A stretch of 64,000 bases of DNA from Cladosporium halotolerans. Its lineage: Eukaryota. Shown in pieces: positions 11,625 through 23,500 of this stretch. Location of the stretch: NCBI RefSeq assembly GCF_011745625.1, contig NW_027191505.1, positions 1-64,000 of the forward strand, written 5' to 3'. The notes beneath the pieces were generated by a model. That model did not search any database. It saw only the letters and a list, made by a program, of their open reading frames with translations, and was not told where the DNA came from. A program made the position numbers and the translations under genes. Position 1 is the stretch's first letter; each line of letters opens with the position of its first letter.

Positions 11625-12634
11625 TTAGTGCACCATCACGTCCGCCTGGTGAGACTGCTGTGGAGGCTGCTGCTTGGAAGCCTGCTCGGCGTTGCCGTTC
11701 GCGCCATCCGCGCCGTCGTCCATCTCGACGTCCTCGCCTTCACCCTCCTCCTCGTTCTCGCCTTCCTCGTCTTCGAGATCCTCTTCCTCATCATCTTCAC
11801 TCTCGGCCTCGAGGTCCTCGGATCCGGCATTGCTCTCCTCGTCATCGTCCTTGCCGTTGTTCTCGGCGCCCTCCATGTCGTGGTCTTCGCCAGGCACCTT
11901 GGGCGCAACAGTCGCCGCACCGAGGGCCGCAGCCTCGCCGCCCTCGGGGAAGCCCTCTTCTTCTTCCTCCTCTTCGTCGGCACCGTAAGTCGCGCCGTCG
12001 TCCTCGGCTGCGTCCACGTCCGGCTGCTCCGGCGGGAACTCGGCCGGCGCGCTCTCGTCGCTGTCCCACTTGATCGCGAAGCGCGTCACGCGAGGCTTCT
12101 CCGCCAGGATGTTGCGTCGCACCTTCTCCACGACGGGCTTGGCCGGCGGCTCGTTAATCAGCTGCTCGTCCGTGTACTCATTGTTGACGTAGTAGCCGAC
12201 GCGCACGAACTCGCGTCCGTCGTAGGAGCAGGTCAGCAGGATGACGGTCACGCCCAGGATCTCTGTCGCGGGGATGTGCGCGGTGTTGGGCGGGTCGGCT
12301 TCGAAGATGAACTTGTTGACGCCCACGGGGATGGGGCCGACGAGGAGAGAGTCGAGTTCTTGGTCGTGCTCTGAGCTGGGATGGTGTTAGGGTTGGAGTT
12401 ACAAGGGTTGCTGCTTGCCTGTGTCAACTTACGAGGTGGCTGAGCCGACGTAGGTGAGCTTCCACTCGAGGTCTTTCTGCAGCGGCTCCAGGCACTCGAA
12501 GGTGATCTCGAACTCGTAGGGCGCGTTAAAGGGTGCGGGATTGTTCCTGACGGAAACGTTGAGCAAGCTCACTGTTGGTTGTCAGTGTGTCTATTTGAAG
12601 AGTGTTCAGGGATGCGATCAATACCGGTAGCCAT
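11625..12634 (-). CDS. ASF1: Histone H3/H4 chaperone ASF1; introns 12572-12624 and 12376-12432
   Basis: Spliced product [87 protein letters not shown], followed by an acidic tail. Confidence 0.97.
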
Positions 12635-12800
12635 GGCGGGATATGTGCTGGTTGTGCTGGTTGCTGATAGGGTGGTGTCGAGTGTGAGAAAGGCAACTTT
12701 TGGTGAGACAGATGGTAAGCGAGGCTTCGTGTGGTATGCTTGGATGCAAGGGTAAGACGGCGGCAGTGTTCGTGGGGGTGGTGAGAGAGTGCAGAGCAGA

Positions 12801-12834
12801 GGGAGGCGGTGGGCGGTGGGCGGTGGGCGGCGGG
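12801..12834 (+). repeat. (GGGCGGT)n G-tract repeat, G-quadruplex-capable
   Basis: GGG tracts at 12801, 12811, 12818, 12825 and 12832 in the ASF1/SRO7 divergent intergenic region. Confidence 0.7.
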
Positions 12835-12959
12835 TTGTTTGGCGACGAGAAAGTCGCGCGGGCAAGCGCCGCGCCCAAACGAACGAACGCGGCGCGCCTC
12901 CTTCGCGTGCCCGCGTAAAGTGGGCGGGGAGCAGCAGCTGTTGCTACGTCGCCGGCGGC

Positions 12960-12991
12960 CTCAGGCGCTCAGGCGCTCAGGCTGCTCAGGC
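12960..12991. repeat. Four CTCAGGC units in tandem
   Basis: ctcaggcgctcaggcgctcaggctgctcaggc read directly. Confidence 0.75.
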
Positions 12992-13268
12992 ATGAAGCAA
13001 GTCCCCGCCAAGTAGGTCCACTGTTGCTCGGATGGGAGGCATGTGCTGGCCGGCAATAATACTAGAGCACCACACCCTTCTCCTGCTCTGTTGTAGTGTA
13101 GACTGGTCGCGCCTCTCACACCATATCACGCCTCCCCTTTCCACCGCAAGGCGTCTGCTGTGGCCAAAGACCGGAAAAGCCGCCGTCCTGGACTCTCTGG
13201 TCCCGACTTCTTGAGGTGCGCCACGGCTCGTAGGGCTGAGGGCCTCGTCCTTCTACACATACATCAAA

Positions 13269-16200
13269 ATGGCGCACCTTCTACGAGGGAAGCAGGCCGG
13301 CATCAGCAATGATCTCTCCGCTGGCCTCGACCCGCAGCTGTTCGGTATCGACGACCTCGTTCGCTATGGCGTCAACTCACAGGTTTCCACCCTGGCCTAT
13401 GATCCCGTCCAGTCTCTCCTTGCCGTAGGCACCCGGAACAGCCAATTCGGCCCCGGTCAGATCTATATCTTCGGCCAAGGTCGTGTTCAGGTTGTCTTTC
13501 CTCTGCCTTCCCATGGAGCCACTGTGCAGACATTGCAGTTCTGTGCTGAGAAGCTCATCTGTCTGACCAGCAGGCACGAATTGTGCCTTTACTCCATGAT
13601 CGAGATGACTATGATTGCCAGCCACTCTCCTTATGGCACCGTTACTGCTATGTGTACTGATCCAACCCTGGACTATGCCTTCATCGGTATGCAGACTGGT
13701 GAGGTTCTCGCTTACGACCTGGACCGGGAAAACTTGGCTCCATTCAAAATCCCGAATCTCTGGCAGGAACAGGACCCTCGTGCTAGAGCAACTCCGATCG
13801 TGAGTTTGCAGTTACACCCGCGAGATGTGGGAACTTTGTTGATTGGATACACGGTGGGCGCTGCCATCTACAGCTTCAAGCTCGCGAAAGCTATGAAATT
13901 CTACGTATACGAGGTACCCCCTGGAGCTCCTGGTGGAGATGGAGATACCAGCAAGATCAACATGGCCCGCAGACCACGATTGACACAAGCTATCTGGCAC
14001 CCGACCGGTACTTTCGTCATGACTGGCCATGAGGACTCGTCGCTCGTGTTTTGGGACGTCAACAAGGACGGTCGTATGATACAAGCCAGGACCCGGACAG
14101 ATACCGATGTCACGGCTCCCAGTCCTCCCCCTACGTTCGAGTCGAGTTTAATGGGTACATCCTCGGTAAGAGAGCCTCTCTTCAAGGTTGCTTGGTGCGC
14201 CAGCGGTCAAGACCCTGATGACACTGGTCTTCTCATCGCCGGAGGGGCGTCGGTGCAGGCTCCTACCAAAGGTCTTTGCTTCCTTGAGTTTGGGCGGACG
14301 CCCGTCTATAACACAAGCTCATGGGATGCGCTTGCTGGCCATTTGAGAGACCCAAAAAGGCAACGCATACTACCCACACCGCCCGGAGCTGAGGTTGTCG
14401 ATTTCTGTCTCATTCCTCGCGCGTCGCCACATTTCGCCGGTGCACATGATCCAGTCGCCATCGTTGCATTGCTTGCCTCGGGAGAGCTTCTAACCCTGAG
14501 CTTCCCGTCAGGCATGTTCATCAGCCCTACCAACCAACTCCATCCATCCTTGACCTTCGTGCACCCTTACATCAAGAAGACCAACGTTGCTACTATGGAC
14601 CGGACTCGTTGGTTGGGAATGACCGAGACCAGGCAGCAAGGACCTCCAATCTTGCGCGGTGGTTTGGAAGGCAATAACACAATGAGACGCCACGACACGC
14701 GAAACATTCTGCAGACCGTCCACGCGGATGGAGCTGTGAGGCTATGGGATGTCGGAAACGGTGATGAAATCGAGAATGAGAAAGTGCTTCAAGTCGATGT
14801 ACCTCGCGCAGTCGGTCGGTTCGATGGTATCGAAGTCACTCAAGTATCCCTCGCAGGTGCCAGTGGCGAGCTAGCGGTCGGCCTTCGAAGCGGTGAACTG
14901 GTTGTCTTCAGATGGGGCCGCAACCGCAATGCAGGAAGGGAGCCACCATCACGCCCCAAGAACGCAGCTCGCGGTCTGACTAATGTCACCGAGCGAGTGG
15001 AGCCTTCATTGACCGAGGGTCTTTTGCCGTACACTCTGCTGGATCAGCAGTCTGGTCCCGTCACCGCGGTAAAGATGAGTGAAGTTGGTTTCATCGCCGC
15101 TGGTTTCGAAGATGGAACGGTTGCAGTTGTTGACCTCCGAGGTCCAGCTGTCATTCACACGTCTGCGGTACACGACTTTCAACGTGGAGAAAAGCGTGGT
15201 ACTTTCCGTAGAGGTGGAAGCATCGATGCGTCTCAACCCGACTACGCTACCTGCATTGAGTTCAGTGTCATGACGCTCGAGAACGAGGAATGGAGCAGTA
15301 TTCTCCTCCATGTCGGTACCCATCAAGGTCATGTTGGAACCTTCAAAATCATCCCAGATCCCAGCGGTCGCTACTCGGTGCAGTTCGCCGGCTCCATGAA
15401 TATGGAGTCTCGTATCAACCACATCTTCCCCATCAGCGCGGAAACTGGACAATCAGCCGTGGCAACTCAGAATGCAGTCGCTGGGCTACGTGGCGGTGCC
15501 CGCACCAATGGTGCCATCATCGCCGTCTCCCCGACATCAATCTACATTTCGCGGCCCGCCACCTCCAAAGGCGCACACAAATCTTTTGACTCGATCTTCT
15601 GCGACGCCGCCGGTCTCATCAGATATCACGATCAAGGTCAAGCGCTCCTGACCCTCACAGGCGATGGCTTCGCCCGCGTTTACTCCATTCCCGCGCTCAA
15701 GGAAATCACCCAGCCCATTGCCCTGAATACCACACTCGACGTTCGACGCTTCAGTGAAGCTCGCATCACCCCCTTAGGCCACATTATAGCTTTCACAGGG
15801 CCCTCAGAGCTCGCCGTTCTCTCCATTTTCGGTGCCGGTAAACCGCTCGAGAACCCTGCCGGACTCCGCCTTTTCAACCCAGACGCTCTCATTCCGCCTC
15901 GCCCTACCATCTCCAACTTGCAGTGGGTCACTGGCACCCAGCACATCACGCCCAGCGACCTCGACCTCCTAATCGGCGGGCCCAATCGACCTCCTAGCAA
16001 GCGCATGCTCGCCCAGGCGCAGGCGGACGACACCCAGCGCCGTGCTGCGGGGCGCGCTGGCGGTTCGGGCAATGCTGCTGCTGTGGGTCAGCAGGACCAG
16101 GGGTATTGGGCGTACATGCAGCAACAGCTGGCGGAGCGCACAGAAAAGCTGAGTGTTGTAAACGACGGCATGGACAGCCTGGAGCAGAGCACGAGTAATT

Positions 16201-16347
16201 GGCTCGGGGACGTTAATAAGTTTGTGAACAAGCAGAAGAAGAATGCTGTTACGGGAAGTGAGTATCTGTCTTGTCATTTCATTCTATCTCATGGGCCTCT
16301 CGCTGATCATCTTTCGTCTAGTCATCAAGTCCAAGTTCGGCTTCTAG
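13269..16347 (+). CDS. SRO7: Lethal giant larvae/tomosyn-like WD40 protein Sro7/Sro77; terminal intron 16258-16321
   Basis: LAYDPVQSLLAVGT, LQLHPRDVGTLLIGY, WHPTGTFVMTGHEDSSLVFWD and a C-terminal SNARE-like helix (ERTEKL..MDSLEQST). Spliced end is ..IIKSKFGF*. Confidence 0.93.
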
Positions 16348-16411
16348 CGTCTAGCATAGCATCTACACATCACCCGATCAATCAATCACACGACCCCAAA
16401 CAACAATCCAA

Positions 16412-18103
16412 TCACTCCCACCCCTCCCCATAGCTCCTCACCCGACTCCAGTAAAACGCCCTATCATTCCGCAGCGCAAACTCCCCCCAATCGTCGCTCA
16501 GCCGATTATAGCTCCAGAACCCCTTCCACACAAGCTTGTTGTTCCGCGCCCCCTTGCCCGCATGGCCCAGCCCCAAATGCATCTTGTAGAAATACCGCGG
16601 CACCACCCCCTGCGTCTCGATGTGCACCTCCCCCTCCGCCTCTTCAGGATGATGCAGCGACGCCGGCCCGCTCAGCCGCCACCGCCCTTTGAGCGAATCT
16701 TTCATCACGGCGCCCGGCAGCCCGCCGCCCGGCGGCGCGTGCAGGTTCGCTTTCGTGAGGTGGTGCACGACGTCGCCGGGCTCGGCGGTAGTTTGTAGGC
16801 TGGCGCAGGTTCCGTCCCGGAAGAAGCGCAGGTAGCGGAAGTAGGTTACGACGTGCACGGGCGCGCCCCAGGTTAGGGTGTTGGAGGCTTGCGCGCCGGG
16901 CCGCACGTAGTTTACCGTGCTGATGTAGCAGCCGTTGAAGCGCAGGCGGGGGCGCGAGCGGAGGAGGGAGCGGGGGGAGGAGGAGTAGGTTGTTGCGAGA
17001 AGGTGGGCGGTGTGTGTGCTGAGGGTGGGGTGGAGTGTGTGCAGGGGTGTGAAGGGGGTGGGGCGCTCTTTGGGGAGGGTGGTGAGGGTGGGGGGTTGGC
17101 TTTCTTCTTCTGAGGAGGCGGAGTCTTCTGAGAGTTCTGGCTCGGGGTCGGGGAGCGCGTTGCCTTCGATATCCGTCACGTAGTCATAGTGCATGGCTGC
17201 GAAGCCGCATTCGTTGCCGAGCGCTACGCGTTTCCAGATGCTTTCTTCTGTTAGGACGAGATAGGCCAGGCGTTTGCAGACTTGCGCTGTGCGGGCGAAT
17301 GAGGCGACGTCCATGATCGCCAGCTCGAGCAGGATGTGCGAGAGGATTTCCTCGGGGATTTCGCCTAGAGGGCATGGTTCTGGCGGCGAGAGTTCTGTTG
17401 GTGGAGGTTGCGGTTCGATCTGGAGCTGGGATAAGTCGGAGACGAGCTGCGCGAGGGTTGCTGGGAGAGCAGGAGCAGTTTTGGGCTGTTGAGATGTTGC
17501 TTTCTGGCCTTGTAGGGAGTGGTGGGCAGGGTTGGGGACTGTGGTGGAGGCGTTGGATGGGTTGGGTTTAGGGAAGTGTTTTTTCTTGTAGTGTTCATGC
17601 ACGCCGTCATCGAGCTGCGACTTACCTCAGCATTTGTGGTCTACAGAGTGCGTTTGAATCTAGGAAGTGGATAGAGGGAAACCAACTTTGTACGCTGTGC
17701 GGTAGTGCTTGAGGCTATCTCCCAGCTGGCCGTGGTTTTCCTTTTCTACAGCTTTTTCATAATGCTCCAGCGCCGACCTGGGCTGCTCGAAGAGCTTCGC
17801 CCTCTCATGCGATTGACTGTCGTCAGCTCCGAGCTTCAGCGCCTCTTCCTTGTCGGGAAGGTCGTGATAGGCTTTGGGCGCGACGTCTTCCTCGTCCTCA
17901 TCCTCCTCCACTTTCTTGACAGAGGACGGGCCGGCGACAGGTGGAGGCGGATGGGGCACGCTCTTCCTTCTTTGTTGCGGTCTGACCCTCTCAGGCGATA
18001 CCGGTTCCTGCGCGTTCTTATGCCGAGATTGGACCTCTTCGCGCCATCTTCGGCGAAAGGCTTCGAGCTCGGCCTCGTTCTCAGGTGCGGGCTCGTTGTT
18101 CAT
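16412..18103 (-). CDS. HRT3: F-box protein Hrt3/Pof7 (FBXO9 family); intron 17615-17686
   Basis: ELEAFRRRWREEV, ALEHYEKAVEKE..GQLGDSL, F-box (IPEEILSHIL..VCKRL), RPRLRFNGCYIS..NYVRPG, VTYFRYLRFFRDG. Confidence 0.9.
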
Positions 18104-18628
18104 GATATGTCAGGTGAAATAGGAATGCTATATGTACAGGAGGCGCAGGTGGTGATGGTGGAAATGCACGGTGTATTTAAAGACACGACAAAGAGAGGAG
18201 GTGCGGTCAGCTCGATTTGGTCGCCGCGGCGGGATGATGATGATGGGGCTTCAGGCCGAAACGGCCAGACGATGATGCCGACGATGGAGCGCGGTGCGGA
18301 TCTGATAACGCGGACTTCCGTGCTGTTATCTTCCGATCGCGGAGAGAAATGCGCTAGCCGTGATTTTGGAGTGACGCCCATACTGCCCATCATTTTGGTC
18401 CGCGTCTAGCCCGCCGCCGGCACGAAACATCTCGCCTCTCGCGCAATCGCACCTCACGCTCTCCCTCTCACCACCTCCCACATCGCCATCGACATCGTCG
18501 CCGAGCATACACCCACATACATTCATCAATCCTCTACTCCACGACCACAACCATATCCTGGAACTACCACACGAGAGCTCCCCGCGCTGGCTGGCGCGGC
18601 ACAGCAACAGGAGGGAGATAAGGCAGAC

Positions 18629-19973
18629 ATGGCCTCGATGCACACACAAGGACAGCGCCACGACAGATTACTCACTCCGGCCGGCAATGGCGCATTAGAC
18701 ATGCCCTCCGAGCCCAACGTAATCGGCAAGCCGGTCGAGGTCGACACATCCGTGACCCAAAAGATGCTGTCCGCCACGACCGGCTCACTCTTGACATCAT
18801 TGCTGGGTACGATGCTGCTATCCATCCCAATGCCCACGCGACCACCCTCACTAACACACCCTTCCAGTCACGCCCCTCGATGTCGTCCGCGTCCGCCTCC
18901 AAGCCCAGACAAGTCCGTCCCACTCCGTCCGCTTGCCTTCCTTCATCCAGCTCCCTCCCGATCTCGGTGTCAGCGCCTGCTGTCGTGAAGTCTTCTGGGT
19001 GCAGAACCAGTCCCAATTCTGTGTCGCCGCGCCCGCATCCTCATCCTCGTCCTCCGCCGCTGCCACTTTGAATACCTCCGCGTCCGCAGCAGCCTCTGAC
19101 TGTGCGGCAGAAGAGACCCAGCGCCGTACCATCAACTCTACCTTGGACGGCTTGCGCAAGATCGCCCGCAATGAAGGCATCTTCACCCTCTGGCGCGGCC
19201 TCAGCCCGACGCTCATGATGGCCGTACCAGCCAACGTCATCTACTTCGCAGGCTATGACTGGCTCCGTACCAGCCGCAAGAGCCCCATGAAGGACCGCAT
19301 CAGCGATGCCTACGCACCCCTCGCCGCAGGCTCCCTCGCCCGCGTCATCGCTGCCATCGCCGTCTCCCCGATCGAAATGCTCCGCACGCGAATGCAGGCC
19401 TCGCGCTCCCAGGAAAAAGGCATCATGCGCGCAACCCTGCTCGGCATGCGCGACGTCGTCTCCGCCGAAGGCTACACTTCCCTCTGGCGCGGCCTCTCCC
19501 TCACCCTCTGGCGCGACGTCCCCTTCTCTGCTTTCTACTGGTGGGGCTACGAGTTCGGCCGCGAACGCCTGCACCAGGCCCGCGAGCGCCAGCACGCCTC
19601 GGACCCGGCCCTCGGCCGCCCGCGCTCGCGCTCAGAGCTCTCGCATTCCACCGTCCTGGCGGATTCCTTCCTCGCCGGTGCGGCGTCTGGCGGCATTGCG
19701 GCTTTCTTCACGACGCCCTTCGATGTCGGCAAGACGCGGCAGCAGACTGTCCTCCACGACGGCGCGGCGCGCGCGAAGGACATGCCAGAGAACCGCGCCA
19801 TGCCGCGTTTCCTGTGGCACATCTACTGCACGGAGGGCATGTCGGGCTTGTTCAAGGGCTGGGCGGCGAGGTGTTTGAAGGTCGCACCGGCGTGCGCGAT
19901 CATGATCAGCAGCTATGAGGTCGGCAAGAAGTTGGCGGGCAGTGTGAATGAGAGGAGGGACGCGGCAGAGTAG
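18629..19973 (+). CDS. MTM1: Mitochondrial carrier MTM1 (SLC25A39/40 family); intron 18807-18867
   Basis: Three carrier signatures (PLDVVRVR after splicing, PIEMLRTR, PFDVGKTR), LWRGLSPTL, LWRDVPFS, KVAPACAIMISSYE. Start codon is uncertain. Confidence 0.92.
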
Positions 19974-20597
19974 GATTCTCGCTGTGTTGTGTTTCCTTGT
20001 TTTGTCTTGGGCTACATTTGCTCTTGTTTGGTCATCGGAGGCTTGTCTTGAAGCAGTCGGGGGCGTTTTAAGGATTTTGTGTGGCGGAGAGGGAGGCATT
20101 GTCGCTCTGCATTGCATTTCGCATATCGCATCACCAGCGCTGGCGTTTGGGAGAGTCTAAATGCACGAGAAAGCATGGCGTTTTTTGTATTCATCTGCTG
20201 CGTGACCGCCTCTTCTGGCGGCATCGAATACAGAGAGCTGGAAGGACTGGGACGAACGCCCTTTGGCAGGAAGAGGAGGGTCCCATGCTTTGAAAACATG
20301 AGGACTGGATCTGGACGGGGCAACGTGCAATGTAATGGTAAAACCAAAAGATACCTCGACTCAAATATTTGATAAAATGTTCTTCACAAGAAAGTCCTTT
20401 CTTCTTTCTTGTAGTGCGATATGACGATCGATCTCCGAAGTTCCATATCATATATTTCGTGTTCACTTTCTGAAATATTAGCTACGTGCCGTGGAACATG
20501 CGACTAGATATTCTGTGCATCATGCTCAAAATCACTCCATCCCACTTCGTCTCATCGAAGGTCCCAAACGCTTTGCTTCCCGTATCGACCGTCAACC

Positions 20598-23500
20598 TCA
20601 CACCGCGACCCCCTCCGCCAAACTCCCCCACCCAACCGCCTCCCACGGCGCGACCACAACCGCGCGCTGCGCATCCGCCACACTGCCGGCTCCTGCAAAT
20701 GCCCCGGCGAGCTCTTGCGCGCTCGAGCTACCAGCCGGTGGCACGCTCTTCTGCGCTGTCTGCAGCGCCATCGCCGAAGCATGCGCGTCGCCAGACAGAG
20801 ACGCGAGAGCGCTCCAAGCCGAACTGCGAGACGGGTGCAGCAATGCGGTCGATTGCGCCGTCGCTAGCGGGTCCTTCTCTCCCTCGCCAGAGAGTGACGC
20901 GAGTGCTAGCAGCAGGCTGTCAATCTGGCTCTGCTCTGCAGGCTGGAGTTCTGCGTTCGTCCTGAGCGCCAGCAGGTCATCCCGCACCGCGCCGCTGGTC
21001 TCAGCATCGTCGTCCAGCGCCGCGATGGCGCCCAGCGGCGTCATGACGCCCGCGTGCGAGGGGTTCGCTTCGAAGCACTCGAACAGCTGCTCGCGCGCGG
21101 CGGCTTTCTCGTCGGTGCCGCCGTGCGCCCAGAGGACTTGGGCGAGTAGGCAGACGACTGAGGGGCTGTGGGAGCTTTCTTCCAGCGCGGCGCGGAACAT
21201 GGTTATGGCGTCTGTTGTGCGCTGGAGGTTGTGTGCTGCTAGGCCGGCGGTTAGGTGGGCGGAGAGGCGCAGCGCTTGACGGGCTTCGGGGGTGAGGCCG
21301 CTGGTTTCTTCGTCGGCGGAGAGGTCGAGGGCTGTTGTAGCATCTTCGGAGGCGGCGGCGAAGGACTGTGCGGCGAGGTGGCAGCGCGCCAGGTCGGCTT
21401 TGGCGTGGGCGAAGCGGGCAAGGGCGGAGGGAGATTCGGACGTCTCGTATTCTGCTTCGGCGCTCGCGCAGAGCTGTGTGAGGAGGGCGGTTGCGTCTTC
21501 GAAGTTGCCGACGCGCTCAAGGAAGAGGGCGGAGAGGTGCTTGTAGGGTAGGTCTTGGGGTGCTTGAGCGCGGAGCTGTTCGAGGGCGAACAAGGGCTCG
21601 ATGAGCGCAGACAAGTCGTTGGAGACGTCGGGTGATGTCAAGAGGTGGTCGAAGGTGGACAGAGCGTATTGGCGCTTAGATATGACTGATGCCGAGTCGG
21701 AGATCTCAAAAGCGTGCGTGAAGTGATTGAGTGCTTCTTTCGTGTCGCCGAGCATCAAAGCGATTAAGCCCTCGCCGACCCATGCGTGGGCGTAGTCGGG
21801 ATCTGTGGATTGGGCGCGTCCAAACGCTTGGTGCGCCAGCTCGTAGTCATTTTGCAACGTGTAAAGCACACCCAGGTTCGTCCACACCTTCGCGTTGAGT
21901 TCGTTCAAGTGTAACGAACGGACGAAAGAGTGCTGAGCGACTTGAGGGTTCAAGGTGGTCGTGACCACACCAAGAGCGTTCCAGAACTCAGCATTGCCAG
22001 CCTCCATCTCGATGGCTCGCTTGAAAGACCTCACGGCTGCCTTGAGATATTTCTTTCCAGACTTACCATCAATCAAAGAAAACGCACGATGTTCTGCCCA
22101 GCCGAGGTTGTACCAAGCCACGGCTTGCGCGTGAATGTCGTGCGTTGATGAGTAGATGGCACGCTTGTATGCTAGAATTCCAGCTACAACCGGTTGCGGC
22201 AGAGCAGATTCAGGCGATTGGTCGCCGGTCAGACTGCTTGCACGAATACCGTCCACCTCTGCTAGCTGCGAGAGTGCATCATCATGTCCCTCGCCATTAA
22301 GCAGGGTGGTTAGTTCTGGCAAAGGAAATCTGTCGCTGCCAGAGAGCACCCAGGAGAAAGTTATACTGGCATCGCCGACTGACTTCCACAGATTGAAGGC
22401 CTGAGGGTTGTCTTTCGCAACTATCACGGCTGTAGCAATGGCTTCATTGCAGTTGTCAACAGCCTGACCAAACAGCCCAGTCTCAACGCAATGCCACGCA
22501 CGCTCCACGAAAGTCTGCAGAAGGGAGACCAGTACGCCAAACTCAGATGGGCGCTCTTCCAGCACTGCCTGGAGGCCATCCACGGCTTCCTGGTATTCGC
22601 CCAACTCTCTGTGCACATTCGCGAGCATATACTTGGCGAACCACGTCTCGCCAGTGATCTTCATCTTTCCATCATCATGTGGTTCGAGTGCAAAGTTGAA
22701 TGTACGACTCGCAGAGTTGTACCGACCAGAGTTGTGATAGCTTTCACCCAGACCTACGTAAGACTGATAGTCATCCGGACTGATGCGGAGGGCAGCCAGG
22801 AATGAAACGATCGCCTGCTGATATTCTTGTTTGTTCATCTGCACGACACCGATCGCGGAGTACGGCCAGCTCAAGCCCTTTCTCTTAGAACCGGGTGGTG
22901 GTCTGGCTCTGCCAGAGTCGATGACACGCTGGGAGATGACTTCGACAATCTCCCATTCTCCTCTGTTGGCGAAGGAGCGGGCAAGGCGCTCGGCTGCGTC
23001 TGTTTCCGCGGGTGAGAGCTCGAAGGCCTTCTGGTAACATTGACGCGCCCGCTTCTTGTCCTTTGCATAGATTTCATAATATTGGCCAAGGCTCGTGTAT
23101 GCAGGCGCAAAGTTGACGTTTGTTTTGATGGCTGAAAGGAAGCGAGCGTAAGCACCGCTGCGGTCTTTGCGAGCGATTTTGGAATCGTCAAGGTTCCACA
23201 TGCAGATTCCAATGCGGTAGAGACACTGCGCGCGAAGATCTCTGGCTCGTGGGTCATCAGTCCTCCATTTCGGAAGGTAGTTTTCTAGCTCGTCTCTAGC
23301 AGTGGCGTTGTCTCCATTGAGAGCTTTACACCAAGCAAGCTCGGTGCCGACCTGCACGTTGCCGGGATCTTCGCTAAGGGCTTGTTGCAAGAAGTCAATG
23401 GCAGCGTTGTAGTTCTCGATCTCTTCGAAGATCAAGCCGAGGCCGATAAGAGCCGGCGTCGATTTCGGTTTCCTCTGGAGAATGTCTTCGAAAAGACGCT

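Noticed and set aside
17615..17630. Perfect AG|GTAAGT donor just inside the HRT3 intron 3' end
   Set aside because: It lies only ~11 nt from the acceptor and normal splicing already restores the frame; no supportable alternative structure.
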